NCBI RefSeq assembly: GCF_964194025.1
Contig: NC_134468.1
Coordinates: forward strand, 22,878,001-22,942,000
Reading direction: 5' to 3'
Origin: Convolutriloba macropyga
Lineage: Eukaryota
DNA: 64,000 nucleotides
Shown piece after piece: positions 34,314-45,959 of this stretch. The notes beneath the pieces are model-generated. The model saw only the letters and a list, made by a program, of their open reading frames with translations. It had not been told where the DNA came from and did no database searches. Position numbers and translations under genes: made by a program. How positions within the stretch are numbered: the stretch's first letter is position 1; the number at the start of each line of letters is the position of its first letter.

Positions 34314-34640
34314 TCAATTACTCTCGAACGAAGTTTGACGCAATTATTCTTAATGAAATTTTTCCTTGACTTTTTTGAGCGACTCTTATCGCGTTCATCT
34401 TCTTAATTTTAAGGTAATCTACTTTGCTCTCTCTCATTCCCAAATTTATGTAACTGAACTCAAGTGACGGCAGTTTACTACTAGAAGTGTACTAGAGATT
34501 ACTACAAAATGAAAATGCTACTACCCCCCCCCCCCCCCCACCGGCTAATTTACCCCCACCCAAGCAAAGTTAACTAAAATTGATCACCCACCGGTCGTTC
34601 GAGAGCACTTTGTCCTGTTTTAGTTGGTTGTTCTTGGTAA
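34314..34640 (+). mobile_element. HINE-like (non-autonomous Helentron) family B copy
   Basis: 5' subTIR aattactctcgaacga, short inner IR gcaatta, 3' subTIR tcgttcgagagcactt followed by a degenerate hairpin. Confidence 0.6.
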
Positions 34641-36272
34641 GCAATTTTTTAATCAATTTTTTGAAAACTGAATTGGTTCCATATACATCCTACCCGCTCT
34701 TGCTGTTTTTCGGTGCGTTTATTTAAACTAAACACCACGTTACGTACGCAGTTCATTGAGCGTCGTGTTAACATGGCAATTCCGAAAAACGGCGAAGAGA
34801 TTCTGTGCAGTGACTGAGTATGAAGTCTCAACAAAATTCTTAGAAACATCTGCTTACCCAACTTAAGGTTTTTGAAATTGTTGGAACATTAGTTCCCTGG
34901 ATTGCGTATTTTACCCTGAAATCGCGTTGCTTTGTGTGATTGGGGATTTGTGGTTGATCGAGGCCATCATTTCGTTTTGAGCAAATTGGTTCTTTTTCGG
35001 GATCTGTTTCTTCATCATAATCCATCTTATCTAGATGCTTTCTAAATTAATTGTATCTTGTCTATGCTTTTTTCGCCTGCTAATCTTCGACATCTTCTCA
35101 AAGGTGTAAGAAATCGTTTACGTTGGACTGCAAGTGGTTAAAAAAACTCGTTAAAATTGCAGGATTGAAAACACTTCATCCGTTAAGCGTACAGGTCATA
35201 AGTGCTCTGCCTCTATTGAAAAGTAACTCGTTAAATGATTGGAAAGTTGGAAAATTTGAAATCATAACAATTAACAAGTTATTTATCCCTTTGTGACAAT
35301 CTTATATAATAAAAATCAATCTTAAAATAGCTAGCAAAGTTCAAACAAGTCACAGAATAATTGACAGCCAAACACATAATTTTGCGAGAGACGTTTAACA
35401 CACCTTTTACACAACGGTCCACTTCGTGAAGAACGACAGTTCAAATTACTTCAGGGTTTCTCGTTAACAAGAAACTAGGAACCTGAATATACAGGAAAAA
35501 TGGTAACGGGACTCTGACATGTTTCAGAAAAAAGTGATGCTCTGGTTGGTCAAAAATTACTCTCAAACGAAGCTCTTAGGTCTGTGTTGTATTATAATAA
35601 AACATTAGTTCTTTTGGTCTAACGCCATTTTGGTCGGTCTGATTAATTTTTCGTCTAGAGATACGGATAAACAGGTAAGCCCGATAACATGAAGTTGCGG
35701 TGCAGATATCTCTAGAGTTTTTAATTGCTCTCGAACAAAAATTGAAGCACTTAAATGGTGAGTCTTATGCAAAATTTTTGCCGGACCGATTTTGCGCTTT
35801 AGTTCCAGAAAATTCTCGAGAAATAGTAAATGCATGCTGTGAAGGGCAATTTTAAGGGAAAATGATTTGTGCTCCCCAGCTTGTAGCCTCGCTTCTCACA
35901 TATGAGACCTTGCTACAGCTAAAAACAACCCACGCAAGTCGTATTGTTTTCTGTTTATCCCAGCCGTTTCGCCTTTGAGTCTGGTGTTTTCTATTCTTGC
36001 ACAGGAATAAGGTCTGAAGTTTTGAGATTGTTTCACTCAAACTAACGCGAATGATATTTCAGTGCAAGCCTAACGTCATTCGATAATCCTCAATCTTGGT
36101 TGATGCTAGCTCGTTTTCTGGTCTTGAACAAATTTAGATTAGAATCAATGGAATTTGGGACACTGATATATTCCATATATATCAAAATTTTTCAATATGT
36201 GACGTCAATTGTTGTGGCGTATTTGTCCACTTGTGTTTTTGCACTTTGAGTTTCGGCATCCCTCATTAGCTG

Positions 36273-37436
36273 TGTTGATGCTTTATTTACTTCTTACGGT
36301 CATTGTGCTTTACCACCTTTTTTGTAAGTTGATTTGCTTTCCCAAAAATTGTAAAGAAAAAAAAACCATGATGATGAAATGTTGAAAAAACCGTAAATTA
36401 TGTTCTTGCTTAAAATGTGTAAATTAAGAAACAAAACATGTGCAACCAAACGAATTGAAGCTTAAAGCTATTATTAAGAATCAAGAAAGATAACAACCTA
36501 TCCCTGTTCTGAAGGCAGACCAGCCGAGCCATTATGTGTTAATATGTAAGCTCAAACCTCCTTCTGCTCCTCACTTGGCGGGGTGTGGGAGAGGCTCGTT
36601 CAGTGTGTTAAGCGAGCTATTCTTTTAAACCTTGGTTCTGCAAAACACTCCAGATGTCTTTGCCACAATCGTCAGCGAAGCCGAGTGCATTGTCAACTCC
36701 TGTCCACTCACCCACGTGAGAAGTAGCCACGAAGACGACAATCCGCTAACGCCAAACCACTTCTTTTTTGGAAGGCTCTTCTGCAACGTTCCCGGAGCCG
36801 TCTTCAACGAGACACTGACCCTGAAGAACTCGGCCTGGACGTAGGTGAAGAAACTGCAGCAGATTTCAATGAGACTGATAACCGTGTATGTCCCTTCGCT
36901 GAACAAGCGACCGAAGCGGACATCTCGCGAAGCAGCATTGGGAGTGAACGATGTCGTCTGGCTTCTCGAGGATTTCACTCCCAGAGCAATCTGGCCCCTG
37001 GGACGAGTCACACGGATTTTCAACGGCTCCGATGACATTGCTAGGTCATGTGAAGTTAAGAACGCTTTTGGTAATTTAACTATACCTGCGGTTGAGCTGG
37101 TGCATGCTTACACCAAGCCCACACCAAGGTTAAGATTAGGTTTTGTGGGCCCGGAGGATGTTAATGCTAAAGATTAACTCTTCTTACGTTCATTAGGCTT
37201 TACTGCTTTTTCGTAAGTTGATTTGCTTTCCCAAAGCAGAAGTTGTAGCGAGAAAGCTATGATGGCGATGAAATGTTGAAAAAACCGGAAATTATGTTCT
37301 TGCTTCAAATGTGTAATTTGAGAAACAAAACATGTGCAACCAAACGAATGGAAACCTAAAGCTAACATTAATAATCAAGAAATATAACGACCTATCTCCT
37401 TTCCCAAGGCAGACCAGTGGAGCCATAGCGTTATCA
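36273..37436 (+). mobile_element. BEL/Pao LTR retrotransposon remnant: integrase C-terminus + DUF5641-type tail between two diverged LTR-like repeats (36273-36542, 37159-37436)
   Basis: PPSAPH.GVWERLVQCVKRA; EAECIVNSCPLT...PLTPNHF; RAIWPLGRVT...GSDDIARS; PPT-like ggcccggagga then TG...CA; the two LTR-like blocks align throughout. Confidence 0.88.
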
Positions 37437-39178
37437 AACTGAACTTTCTTCCAAATTCTGTCAGTTTTTCCAGTAGGTTTAGCGCAAAACTGAAAAATTT
37501 TGGCTGTTTTTGTTAAAGTGGTTCGAATAAGATTGTCAATTGTTCTCGAACGAAATTTAGAGCAATTATAAATCTTGACAGTTTTTTCCTAGAATATTCC
37601 CTCGCTTGAGAAATTTGACTTTTTGAAAGACTTAAACCCTAGACTTCTTGATTTTTGCGTGATCTTAATTGCTCTCAGTTTTACTTCTAAAAGCCAAATC
37701 AAAAGGGCGCTCAAATTGGTTTCATTTTTCGTTCTAAATCTGCTTAGTGTTCTAAAATAAGCTCGAATAGTATCACTTGGATTCAGGTATTGACTCAAGA
37801 ATCTTAATATTATATGCTAGGTTTCTTTTGAAAAATGTAATCAACTAAATGTTACTTACAGCTAAAATTATTCGGAAATAGTAGTTAGTTTCAGAGGACT
37901 CGCGTATTTTCAAAAAAAATCAGCACTCAAAAATTTCGCCATTTATGAACGTTTTCTCATTTTTATACAAAATTTTGTTTTTGTTGGTGATCATTTTTAC
38001 GACATATGTTGCGGATTGTTGTACAGTTATTTTCTCCAATTCAATGCCAAAAGAAATTCGCAAGATTTCTTCCGTTATAAAAAATTGACGAGACAAAAAT
38101 TTAGCCATTTAGAAAAATTTTTGTCAGTTTTTAGATGTTCAGGGGAATTCCAAGCCATAAAATTAACCAACTGTTAAGCTTGTGGCTTTGTTGGCCAGTT
38201 TTTTTGTATAGATATTAAAGTGAAACAAATTCAATATTAGAAAATCTCGAAAAATGTCAACAAAACAAAAAAATATCTGGTGACATGAGTGAACATTTTG
38301 TTGCTGTTCTTAGTAAACATGTTTCCTTCCTATCCGCTTTTTTCATTAAAACTGTAGTACATAAATCATATCGTTTTGTACAATGTAACTTCACCTTTGA
38401 ACTGTTTTTCATCTTCAGAGTTTGTCTATGAGTTTGAGAGTGACGCGTAGTTAATTCTTTGTTGGACTTTATTGATTTACGGTGGTGGAATATTTTTGTC
38501 CACGGGGGTATGTCCAATTTTCATTGGTATGCGCAATCCAGCCCAGCTTTTTTATGCATATAATGTTTTTTGAAAGAAAACAATTTCTTTCTTGTTGGAA
38601 GTAATGTCGCTATCTGGGTCAATTTTTGTTTTGCGGATGTGACGCAATATTTTTTTAAGAAATCGATTATAAAGTTGGAGTGAGATCGGATTTTCCTACT
38701 TAGATTTATCTCAAATATTACTGGATTTTGTTTGTATCAAAGCTGCCCGAATCAAGTTTATTTTGCAAGACTTCTCAGCAAAACGCTTACAGAAACTCGA
38801 TTACAACTTTAAAAATTTCAAAATTAGGTTACCCTATTTGTTGAATCTAGCATTTGTTATTGTTGGCTTCTATAAACGACTTGATTCGGAAAGTTGTACT
38901 CATCTGTGATGACAGCATGGCTCCGGTTAGGACTCGGAACCTTATAGAAAAAAATCAGAAAATGTTTTCGTGTCTTTTTCGTCTTTTACAATTTGTACAT
39001 TTCTTTTAAGTTAAGAGCAGCATCAAAAATTTTTAACTTATTAAATTTTTATTTAACTTAAATTATATTTAACTTCATCTCCAATCAATTTAAAACTGGT
39101 ATAGGATTTGAAATCTTGCATATAAAACGAAGTGTCCATTAAATCTTTTGGCAAGCGGAAAGGTCTCAATGGGTGATT

Positions 39179-39860
39179 ATTAATTGCTCTCGAACGAAGT
39201 TTGAAGCAATTATTGTTAGTGCTGGTCTTTTTATGCAAAATTTCGCTTGACCGTTTTTTAGTGATTTTTACGCCCTTGACTTTTAATTGCTCTCAAGCGA
39301 AGTTTGTAGCAATTATATTAGTCCTGTCGGTCTTTTTATGCTTCTCGTCCTCAAAAATTAGATAAAAAAGTAGCGCCAAGAGAGCATTAAGTGACCTTAG
39401 GGGGCAGCTCTGTTTCAGCTCAAACTGTTTTGGAGACTTATACTGATGGTGCGAAGGGCGGTTCTTAGAGATTGACCCCCCCCCCCCACCCCCCACCCAC
39501 TGTTGCCACCCCATCGGCGCCTCCGGTGCACCCCCCCCCCGCTGCGCTCATTTACGCCCCTTCAATTCAGCTAAAGCGAGCCTCAGTAAACCGTTCCTAG
39601 CTACTGACGAAGCCAACCGGTCCCCGGTCGTTTGAGAGCAATTTGCCCGACGTTAGTCGGTTATGTTTTTGTTTTGCGTGATCTAAGTTTCTCTCATTCA
39701 CAAGTGTCAGCAGCTGAACGCAAGTGGCGGCAGTTCCCTACTAAAAGTCAAATGAAAACGACCAAATTGGTGTATTTTTCTGAATCAGGTTGCAATAAAT
39801 TCGAGCTTCCACTAGTCGTTCGAGAGCAATTCTGCGACGTTAGTCAGATTGATTTTAATA
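39179..39860 (+). mobile_element. Two nested HINE-like family B elements (outer ~39179-39860, inner ~39282-39672)
   Basis: Two 5' ends ttaattgctctc(g/a)a(a/g)cgaagtttg.agcaatta and two 3' ends tcgtt(t/c)gagagcaatt plus hairpin ccgac-gtta-gtcgg (degenerate in the outer copy). Confidence 0.65.
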
Positions 39861-39875
39861 TTTTTCAGATTGATT

Positions 39876-40422
39876 ATGAATTTTGGTTCTAGTGGAGGTG
39901 GTGGGAGTGGATTGGGATCTGGTGCTGGCCCGGCGGGTTCCCAAAATGCAGACAGTATTATCCAGCAGACAGAGATGGCCCTTCAAATGCAACAGGTAGC
40001 TCTAGTAAAATTTTGTCGTTTTGCTCAGATTTCTCAAAAACTCAAAGTTTATAATTAAAGGACACAGTAGAAAAATGCAAAGGTCCACCTGGAGTATTAA
40101 TCCAAAGTTTCAAATAACGGTTTAAATATCTAGGGAAACTTAAAGAATTCACTGGCACGTTAGTATTAGCAGGGTCGGTTAACAGCTATTAATTTCAAAT
40201 CGACTCTAGGTGCAAAACTTACTGCAGTCGGCAGGTGAGAAGTGTATATACCCCAAGTGTATCTACAGACCCGGCAGATCCCTGGACCGAAGCGAAGCGA
40301 GCTGTTTAACCAACTGTGTTGACCGATTCCTAGATACTTACAAGATAGTGGCCACAACTTACACAAATAGACTCAGAACTGAAAATGCATCTGGAGGGGT
40401 CAGAAGCGGGGGAGCTTTTTAG
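39876..40422 (+). CDS. TIMM13: Mitochondrial small Tim chaperone, Tim13-like (exons 39876-39995 and 40210-40422)
   Basis: Phase-0 GT-AG intron 39996-40209; ...IIQQTEMALQMQQ|VQNLLQSAGEKCIYPKCIYRPGRSLDRSEASCLTNCVDRFLDTY: twin-Cys motif and kPG.sLd.sE..C...CvDR pattern of Tim8/Tim13. Confidence 0.8.
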
Positions 40423-41261
40423 CCTCTGCCTGTTCTTTGTAAACTTGCCACATGGGAGGTAATTACTAGCTAGAGTCACTACGGAATCGAGTCCGGACAA
40501 AACAGTCCCGAATGCAAAATACTGCCCATACAAAACATTCGCTAATGGCAGAATTTTTCTTGACAAAACAGACCAAAAGCCCATATTCCCATACAAAACA
40601 GTCGAGACAAAGTTGTTCAATTAAAACAGAAGAAAGAGTCCCAGATCAAATGGTCTCGAACATAGCGATTAAGAACTGACTTATCGATTAATGAGAACAA
40701 TTCAGTGTTTGTTAGTGTAGTGAGGGTAGATAAGAGCCTGTTTTTAAAAAAGACATTGCGACTCAAATATGACGTACTTATTCGGCAGTCACTCTTGCTA
40801 GTAATGGCCCCAGATTCCTCAAATATATATTGTTCTATATGATTATATTTTATGCCACAGCACTTATCAGAGTCGAGAATTGAGTTATACGACTTGATCG
40901 ACCGACTTGCTCTATGATTCTAGAGTTCTTTCTGGTTCTTTTGTTTGAGTAATCGCATAATGATTTAATTTTGGTTATGAACTGATGAATCACATTTGCT
41001 TGAAATTGTCTTTTCGAAATTGCAACATTGTTTTGTTCGATCTAGTAACTGCATAGTTTAAATGCTTAGTGTTCCTGTAAATGGTTAATAATGTCTTTCT
41101 GTGAATTTCAGGTTTGATGATTTTGCAGCATGCTTTAAGCCTATACAAATGAGAAGCTGCTGTTCAAACAGCTAACTGGCGATTGCTGTAGTGTCGATCA
41201 GATTTAGTTTTAGAGACTAGCAATTTTTGCAACGTGATTTCCGTTTCTCGGTCCCCTTTTC

Positions 41262-42818
41262 ATGACAAAAATGAACGAAGATAATCAAAATACTGGATTG
41301 CTGAAACCTATCAGTAAAAATATTGACCCTCCTAAGCAGCCGGTACCTGAAAGTTCTTGTCACAAAGATGAAAATAGGTCATCATCGCGATCTTCAAGTA
41401 GCGGTGAGCGATGTACACGGAAAAGAAGATACCCAGAAAATGGCAGGACCAGAAATGAAAACAATCGCTCAAAAAGACAATGCAATTTAACAGCCGAAGA
41501 CGTGAAAAAAGCGGCTGCTGAAATAAACGATCCGAAGAAGAACAAAATTGAACCCGAAGACAGACTTGAAAAAGCAGGCGGAAAACTCCAGTTCGAGCGT
41601 GACTTGAAACGTCTGGGAAATTTAAAGAAAATTGGAACTTCTGCCTTCTCGTGGGAGTTAACGCATAAGTTTGTTGAAAACCATGCTCTAGAGAAGCACT
41701 TTGAAGGCATCAAATATCAGCCGCATCCTATTTACGGAGTTCATATTGCTCCATTTACCGTAGCCAACCTGGAAATACCTGCAGAACCACAATACCTAAT
41801 AGCCACAACAGGGGGAAAGTGGATCTATGTCTATACGTGCACGGAAACATCAAAACTGAAGTTAATACAAGTTTACACTGACCCTGGTGATGACATGTAT
41901 TACAACGTGAAATTTACTAAATATGACGACACCATTTTTCTAGTTAGCGCTGGTAAAAACGGGACAGTTAGAGTTATTAATGTAGCCAAACGTGAAGTTG
42001 ACCAGTCATTTGAAGGTGCTGCGAATGCTATCAACGACATCCAAATTCATCCCAAAATTCCCGAAATAATTGCTCTGGCCTCTCAAGATATGTCAACACA
42101 TTTGTGGAATTTGAAGTCCCAAATGCAAATTGCTATTTTCAGTGGACGAGGCTTAGAAGGGCACAACGATCAGGTGTTGACCAATGACTTCAACGAAGAC
42201 GCGACTAAAATGTTATCATCAGGCATGGACCATAACGTTATCATCTGGGATTTGGTGGGTCCCAATGGAGTCGAAAAAGAAATTGAAATGTCGTATGACT
42301 CCTCGATCAAAAATGAGAACAGACCTCGCCTGCCAGTGTGGCGGCATTTTGTATACCTCAAATGCTCGAGCATCCATCGAAATTATGTTGATTGTGCCAA
42401 GTTCTACGGCGAAACAATAATATCTAAAAGCTGTCATAGCGATGGAAAACTTTGTGCCTGGATGCCAACAAAAATTGCAAACGATGTCGCGCCTGTCAAA
42501 TCACAGGTTGACCTGCTGTTTCAGTACAAGTTTTCATCGGACAAAATGGTATGGTTTATGAAGTTCTGCTTTGACCCGACCAAGCGGTTCTTGTCAATCG
42601 GACATATTGACGGAAGAGTTATGATAGTGGATCTTCACAGCTCTTATGACCCAACTGACCTTAGAGTTTGTTACATGCAAGGTAAATCAGATAGACAGAC
42701 GTATATCAGGGAAACTTGCTTCTCTCCCGACGGCAAATTCCTGATTTCAGTAGACGAATCAGCCAAAGTGTTTAAATATAACATTAAGAAAGCGGACCCT
42801 AGTCCAATTCAGTGGTAA
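41262..42818 (+). CDS. EED: Polycomb PRC2 subunit EED/ESC (WD40), single coding exon, divergent
   Basis: PIYGV; YTDP..DMYY; AGKNGTVRVIN; NAINDIQIHP; ASQD.STHLWN...IAIFSG..EGH.DQVL..DF; SSGMDH; IHRNYVDC; ISKSC; VWFMKF; IRETCFSPDG. Confidence 0.92.
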   Translation: MTKMNEDNQNTGLLKPISKNIDPPKQPVPESSCHKDENRSSSRSSSSGERCTRKRRYPENGRTRNENNRSKRQCNLTAEDVKKAAAEINDPKKNKIEPEDRLEKAGGKLQFERDLKRLGNLKKIGTSAFSWELTHKFVENHALEKHFEGIKYQPHPIYGVHIAPFTVANLEIPAEPQYLIATTGGKWIYVYTCTETSKLKLIQVYTDPGDDMYYNVKFTKYDDTIFLVSAGKNGTVRVINVAKREVDQSFEGAANAINDIQIHPKIPEIIALASQDMSTHLWNLKSQMQIAIFSGRGLEGHNDQVLTNDFNEDATKMLSSGMDHNVIIWDLVGPNGVEKEIEMSYDSSIKNENRPRLPVWRHFVYLKCSSIHRNYVDCAKFYGETIISKSCHSDGKLCAWMPTKIANDVAPVKSQVDLLFQYKFSSDKMVWFMKFCFDPTKRFLSIGHIDGRVMIVDLHSSYDPTDLRVCYMQGKSDRQTYIRETCFSPDGKFLISVDESAKVFKYNIKKADPSPIQW

Positions 42819-44219
42819 ATCGGAGAGTTGGTTTAATTGTACTCTTTTGTGTAAAATCTACTCTTTATTTAATTATTAGTTAATAATTATTAGATAAGTA
42901 GTCAAGTTGCTTTTATTGAAATATAAATGTTCATTTTCTGACATTTTGCCTGGATTATCCCTTGTTTTAGCTGTTGTTTGTTATTTTGGTAATTTACTGT
43001 GAGCCATCATTGCTTGTTTTTAACAAGTTTACGAAGAGGTTTAATGAAAATAAGCGAAGTGTATCTGAAGTATGCGGGTGCTCTTCGTTTAGAGAATTGT
43101 TTTTGACAAGCTTTATGGCAAAACCAAAGTCAGGACAAAAATTCAGCTGACGGTTCGTTATATGCGTTGACATTTAATTTTGTTCGAAAATGTTTTTTGA
43201 ATTTTTGAAGCAAGCGAGTAGTGAAGACCAGCTGTAGGGAAGAACAACGGCTGAATGTAATTAATTGCTCGTAATTGTAGCTTGTAGCAATTATGTTAGC
43301 CCTGCTGGTCTTCTTCAATTTTTCATACTACCAACTTCTCGTCTGATCGTTTTTGTGGTCCATTTACCTCTTCGTCCTGAATTAACGGGCTAATCAGCTA
43401 AAGCCTGTATCCCATCGAGATGCTGCGCAAGTTTCTTAAAGCCATAAGCCTTACTAGTCTCTATGTTGCAATTCACCGAAACTGGTGAGAAGACATGTAG
43501 GGTGTGTATGGCAGTTCTTCCTAGTTTAATTTCCCCTCCCCCAAACATCTCCCCTCGTCCACCCTCCTCCGTCTTCTTATTCTCCCCGTAACCTCAGCTT
43601 TTACACAAATTAAAATGTGAACTAACACCAATCAAAATATTATATAATTGTTGATTGGAAATGTTAAATATGAATACCGAGAACTGGCAACCACGTTAGT
43701 TATTTCCTTATTTGTCTTGTTAATCCTTTTCAGTTGAATAAAAATTATGCAGACAAAAACGAGTACTGAATGGACTTAATGTTCCAATTTTGTTTTTTGA
43801 AGACTACTTATGGTCTCGGTAAATAACCCAACTCAATCGACAGGCAATCAATATTATTTAAAGCCACAAAACACGCGACAGTCGAAAAGTAATTCTTGAG
43901 TTCTCAGAATCGGATTTCTCTATTTCCTGTCTAATTTGAATTTAAAATTAAATATTTCATTCAATCCAAGGCAGTCACACCAACATTTAGTGCAACGCGA
44001 CCAGGGCGAACACCAAAAATGGAAACATAACAGATATTGACGCCGCAAATCTCCTTAAAACGTCGGACACTCGACGTGATCTCATCAAAGACCTCAGCGA
44101 TCAAATAATGGAGAAGACAGACGTAGTAGACAGTGCCGAGTCAAGTCTCAAGTGAAGGAGCTGCATAGAATAGTAGCCCCTTTAACAGACATATACGACA
44201 ATTAAAAATCAACAAATCA

Positions 44220-44800
44220 GAGCCTCATCAGGTGGAATAAAGATCCCCAAGTTTCACTTTCCTAAATTTGGGGGAAATACAAAGACTGGACCCATTTCAC
44301 GCCAGCTTCATCGCTTCAGTAGATATGAATCACACCCCGTCGGACGTTCAAAAACTAAGCTACCTAAATTCTGTTTGGACGGGGAAGCAGCCCAAGTGAT
44401 AACAAAATGACCCCTTTCTAGTGGCAACTACGCAGTTGGCCTCAAAATGGTTAAGGACAGATATGCAAACGAACGTCTGATCCTGCATTCACACCTCGAT
44501 GCATTTTTCAATATTCACCGCATTCAACATGAATCTGCGAAGCAACTGGAAACGCTCATCATCACCTTTGATGGAAATGCCGTGCTTTGGAAGCCTTGAA
44601 ATTCAAAATTGAGCCCCCTTTTCTTGAAAGAGAAATAGGATGATGCTTTTAGACGCCAGTGGGAAATGAAAAGCAGCAGTTCAACTGACCTGAAGTCATT
44701 TGATGAATTGCGAACATTGATTGACTGCAGAGTACAAGCCCTCGAACCAACATCCATTTACAAGTCAACAAACAAAGACACGATAGTCGAAAAAGAACGT
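44220..44800 (+). mobile_element. BEL/Pao gag (DUF1759-type) remnant
   Basis: FHASFIASVD.N..PSDVQKLSYLNS...GEAAQVI...LSSGNYAVGLKMVKDRYANERLILHSHLDAFF; many frameshifts. Confidence 0.75.
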
Positions 44801-45139
44801 CAAAAAATCAAACATTTTCAAAGCTGTGACTCTTCAATTGTCATAAGCAACGACTGAACAAATTTTAATGAAAGTGCCAAATTATTCGCTGAAGTGTTCA
44901 AAAATTTGATGAGCTAAATTTTGCTTCCGTACCATTGAGTTTTACTGTTAAGTTTAACCAGTTATAACACGTGCGTTTAAGTTGCTCTCTTGATTTCAAC
45001 AAGCAAGACGAAAATAGAACCAAATTTTACACTGAATCTTGAGCACCCTAGATTGATCCCCCACCAACTTTTTTTTGGCTGTTATCATATCAGAAGCACT
45101 GTGTATGTGAGCAAATCAATTATGTAGTGGTTCTTCAGC

Positions 45140-45790
45140 AGCTTATGTGGACCTCAAACCGGTGAGATCTAACCAAAACGACCCCCGCCCTAGTTTTTTT
45201 TATCTGGTGGGATAAAAAAAATTGGTAGGCAATTGCGCATTCAATGTTAACAGTTATGAAAACTAGAGAAGGCAAGAAGGTTTTCTTAGCTGAGACTGAC
45301 GAAATTACAGAGCTTAGTCAGGGGGCAAAACAACGCAATTCAGCTTCGGGACTGACTCAGCAAATGAATAATTTAATAATTGATGACACCGCTTCCCGCT
45401 TTCAAGTGCCCCCCAAAACAACACTTTTCTACCCCGACAAAAAAGATAAACTGTACCAGATAAACTGTACCAGCTTATGTGGACCTCAAACCGGTGAGAT
45501 CTAACCAAAACGACCCCCGCCCTAGTTTTTTTATCTGGTGGGATAAAAAAAATTTGGTAGGCAATTGCGCATTCAATGTAAACAGTTATGAAAACTAGAG
45601 AAAGCAAGAAGGTTTTCTTAGCTAAGACTGACGAAACTACAGAGCGTAGTCAGGGGGCAAAACAATGCAATTCAGCTTCGGGACTGACTCAGCAAATGAA
45701 TAATTTAATAATTGATGAAACCGCTTCCCGCTTTCAAGTGCCCCCCAAAACAACATTTTTCTACCCCGACAAAAAGATAAACTGTACCAG
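45140..45790 (+). repeat. Tandem duplication of a ~330-bp unit (45140-45470 / 45471-45790)
   Basis: Both start cagcttatgtggacctcaaaccggtgagatctaacc and end gataaactgtaccagata. Confidence 0.93.
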
Positions 45791-45959
45791 ATATCTGTTA
45801 TCGAACATCATCTTGGAAAAACTAAAATTAGATATGACCAGTGGGGACCGAACTTTGATGAGATGGTGTGCTCCAAATCAATATGGGCCTACTCGCAATT
45901 TACGCCTTTACTGTCTAAAGTGAAAAAGATAACACGCGATTTAGCGAAGCGGATAGACG

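Noticed and set aside
39601-39645. CTGACGA motif (also CTGAGGA at ~54563)
   Set aside because: Lacks the GAAA/UH core; the 39.6-kb site is explained by HINE 3' structure
45244-45923. Two similar 86/111-aa ORFs
   Set aside because: Products of a 330-bp tandem duplication with no recognisable domain; cannot be supported as genes
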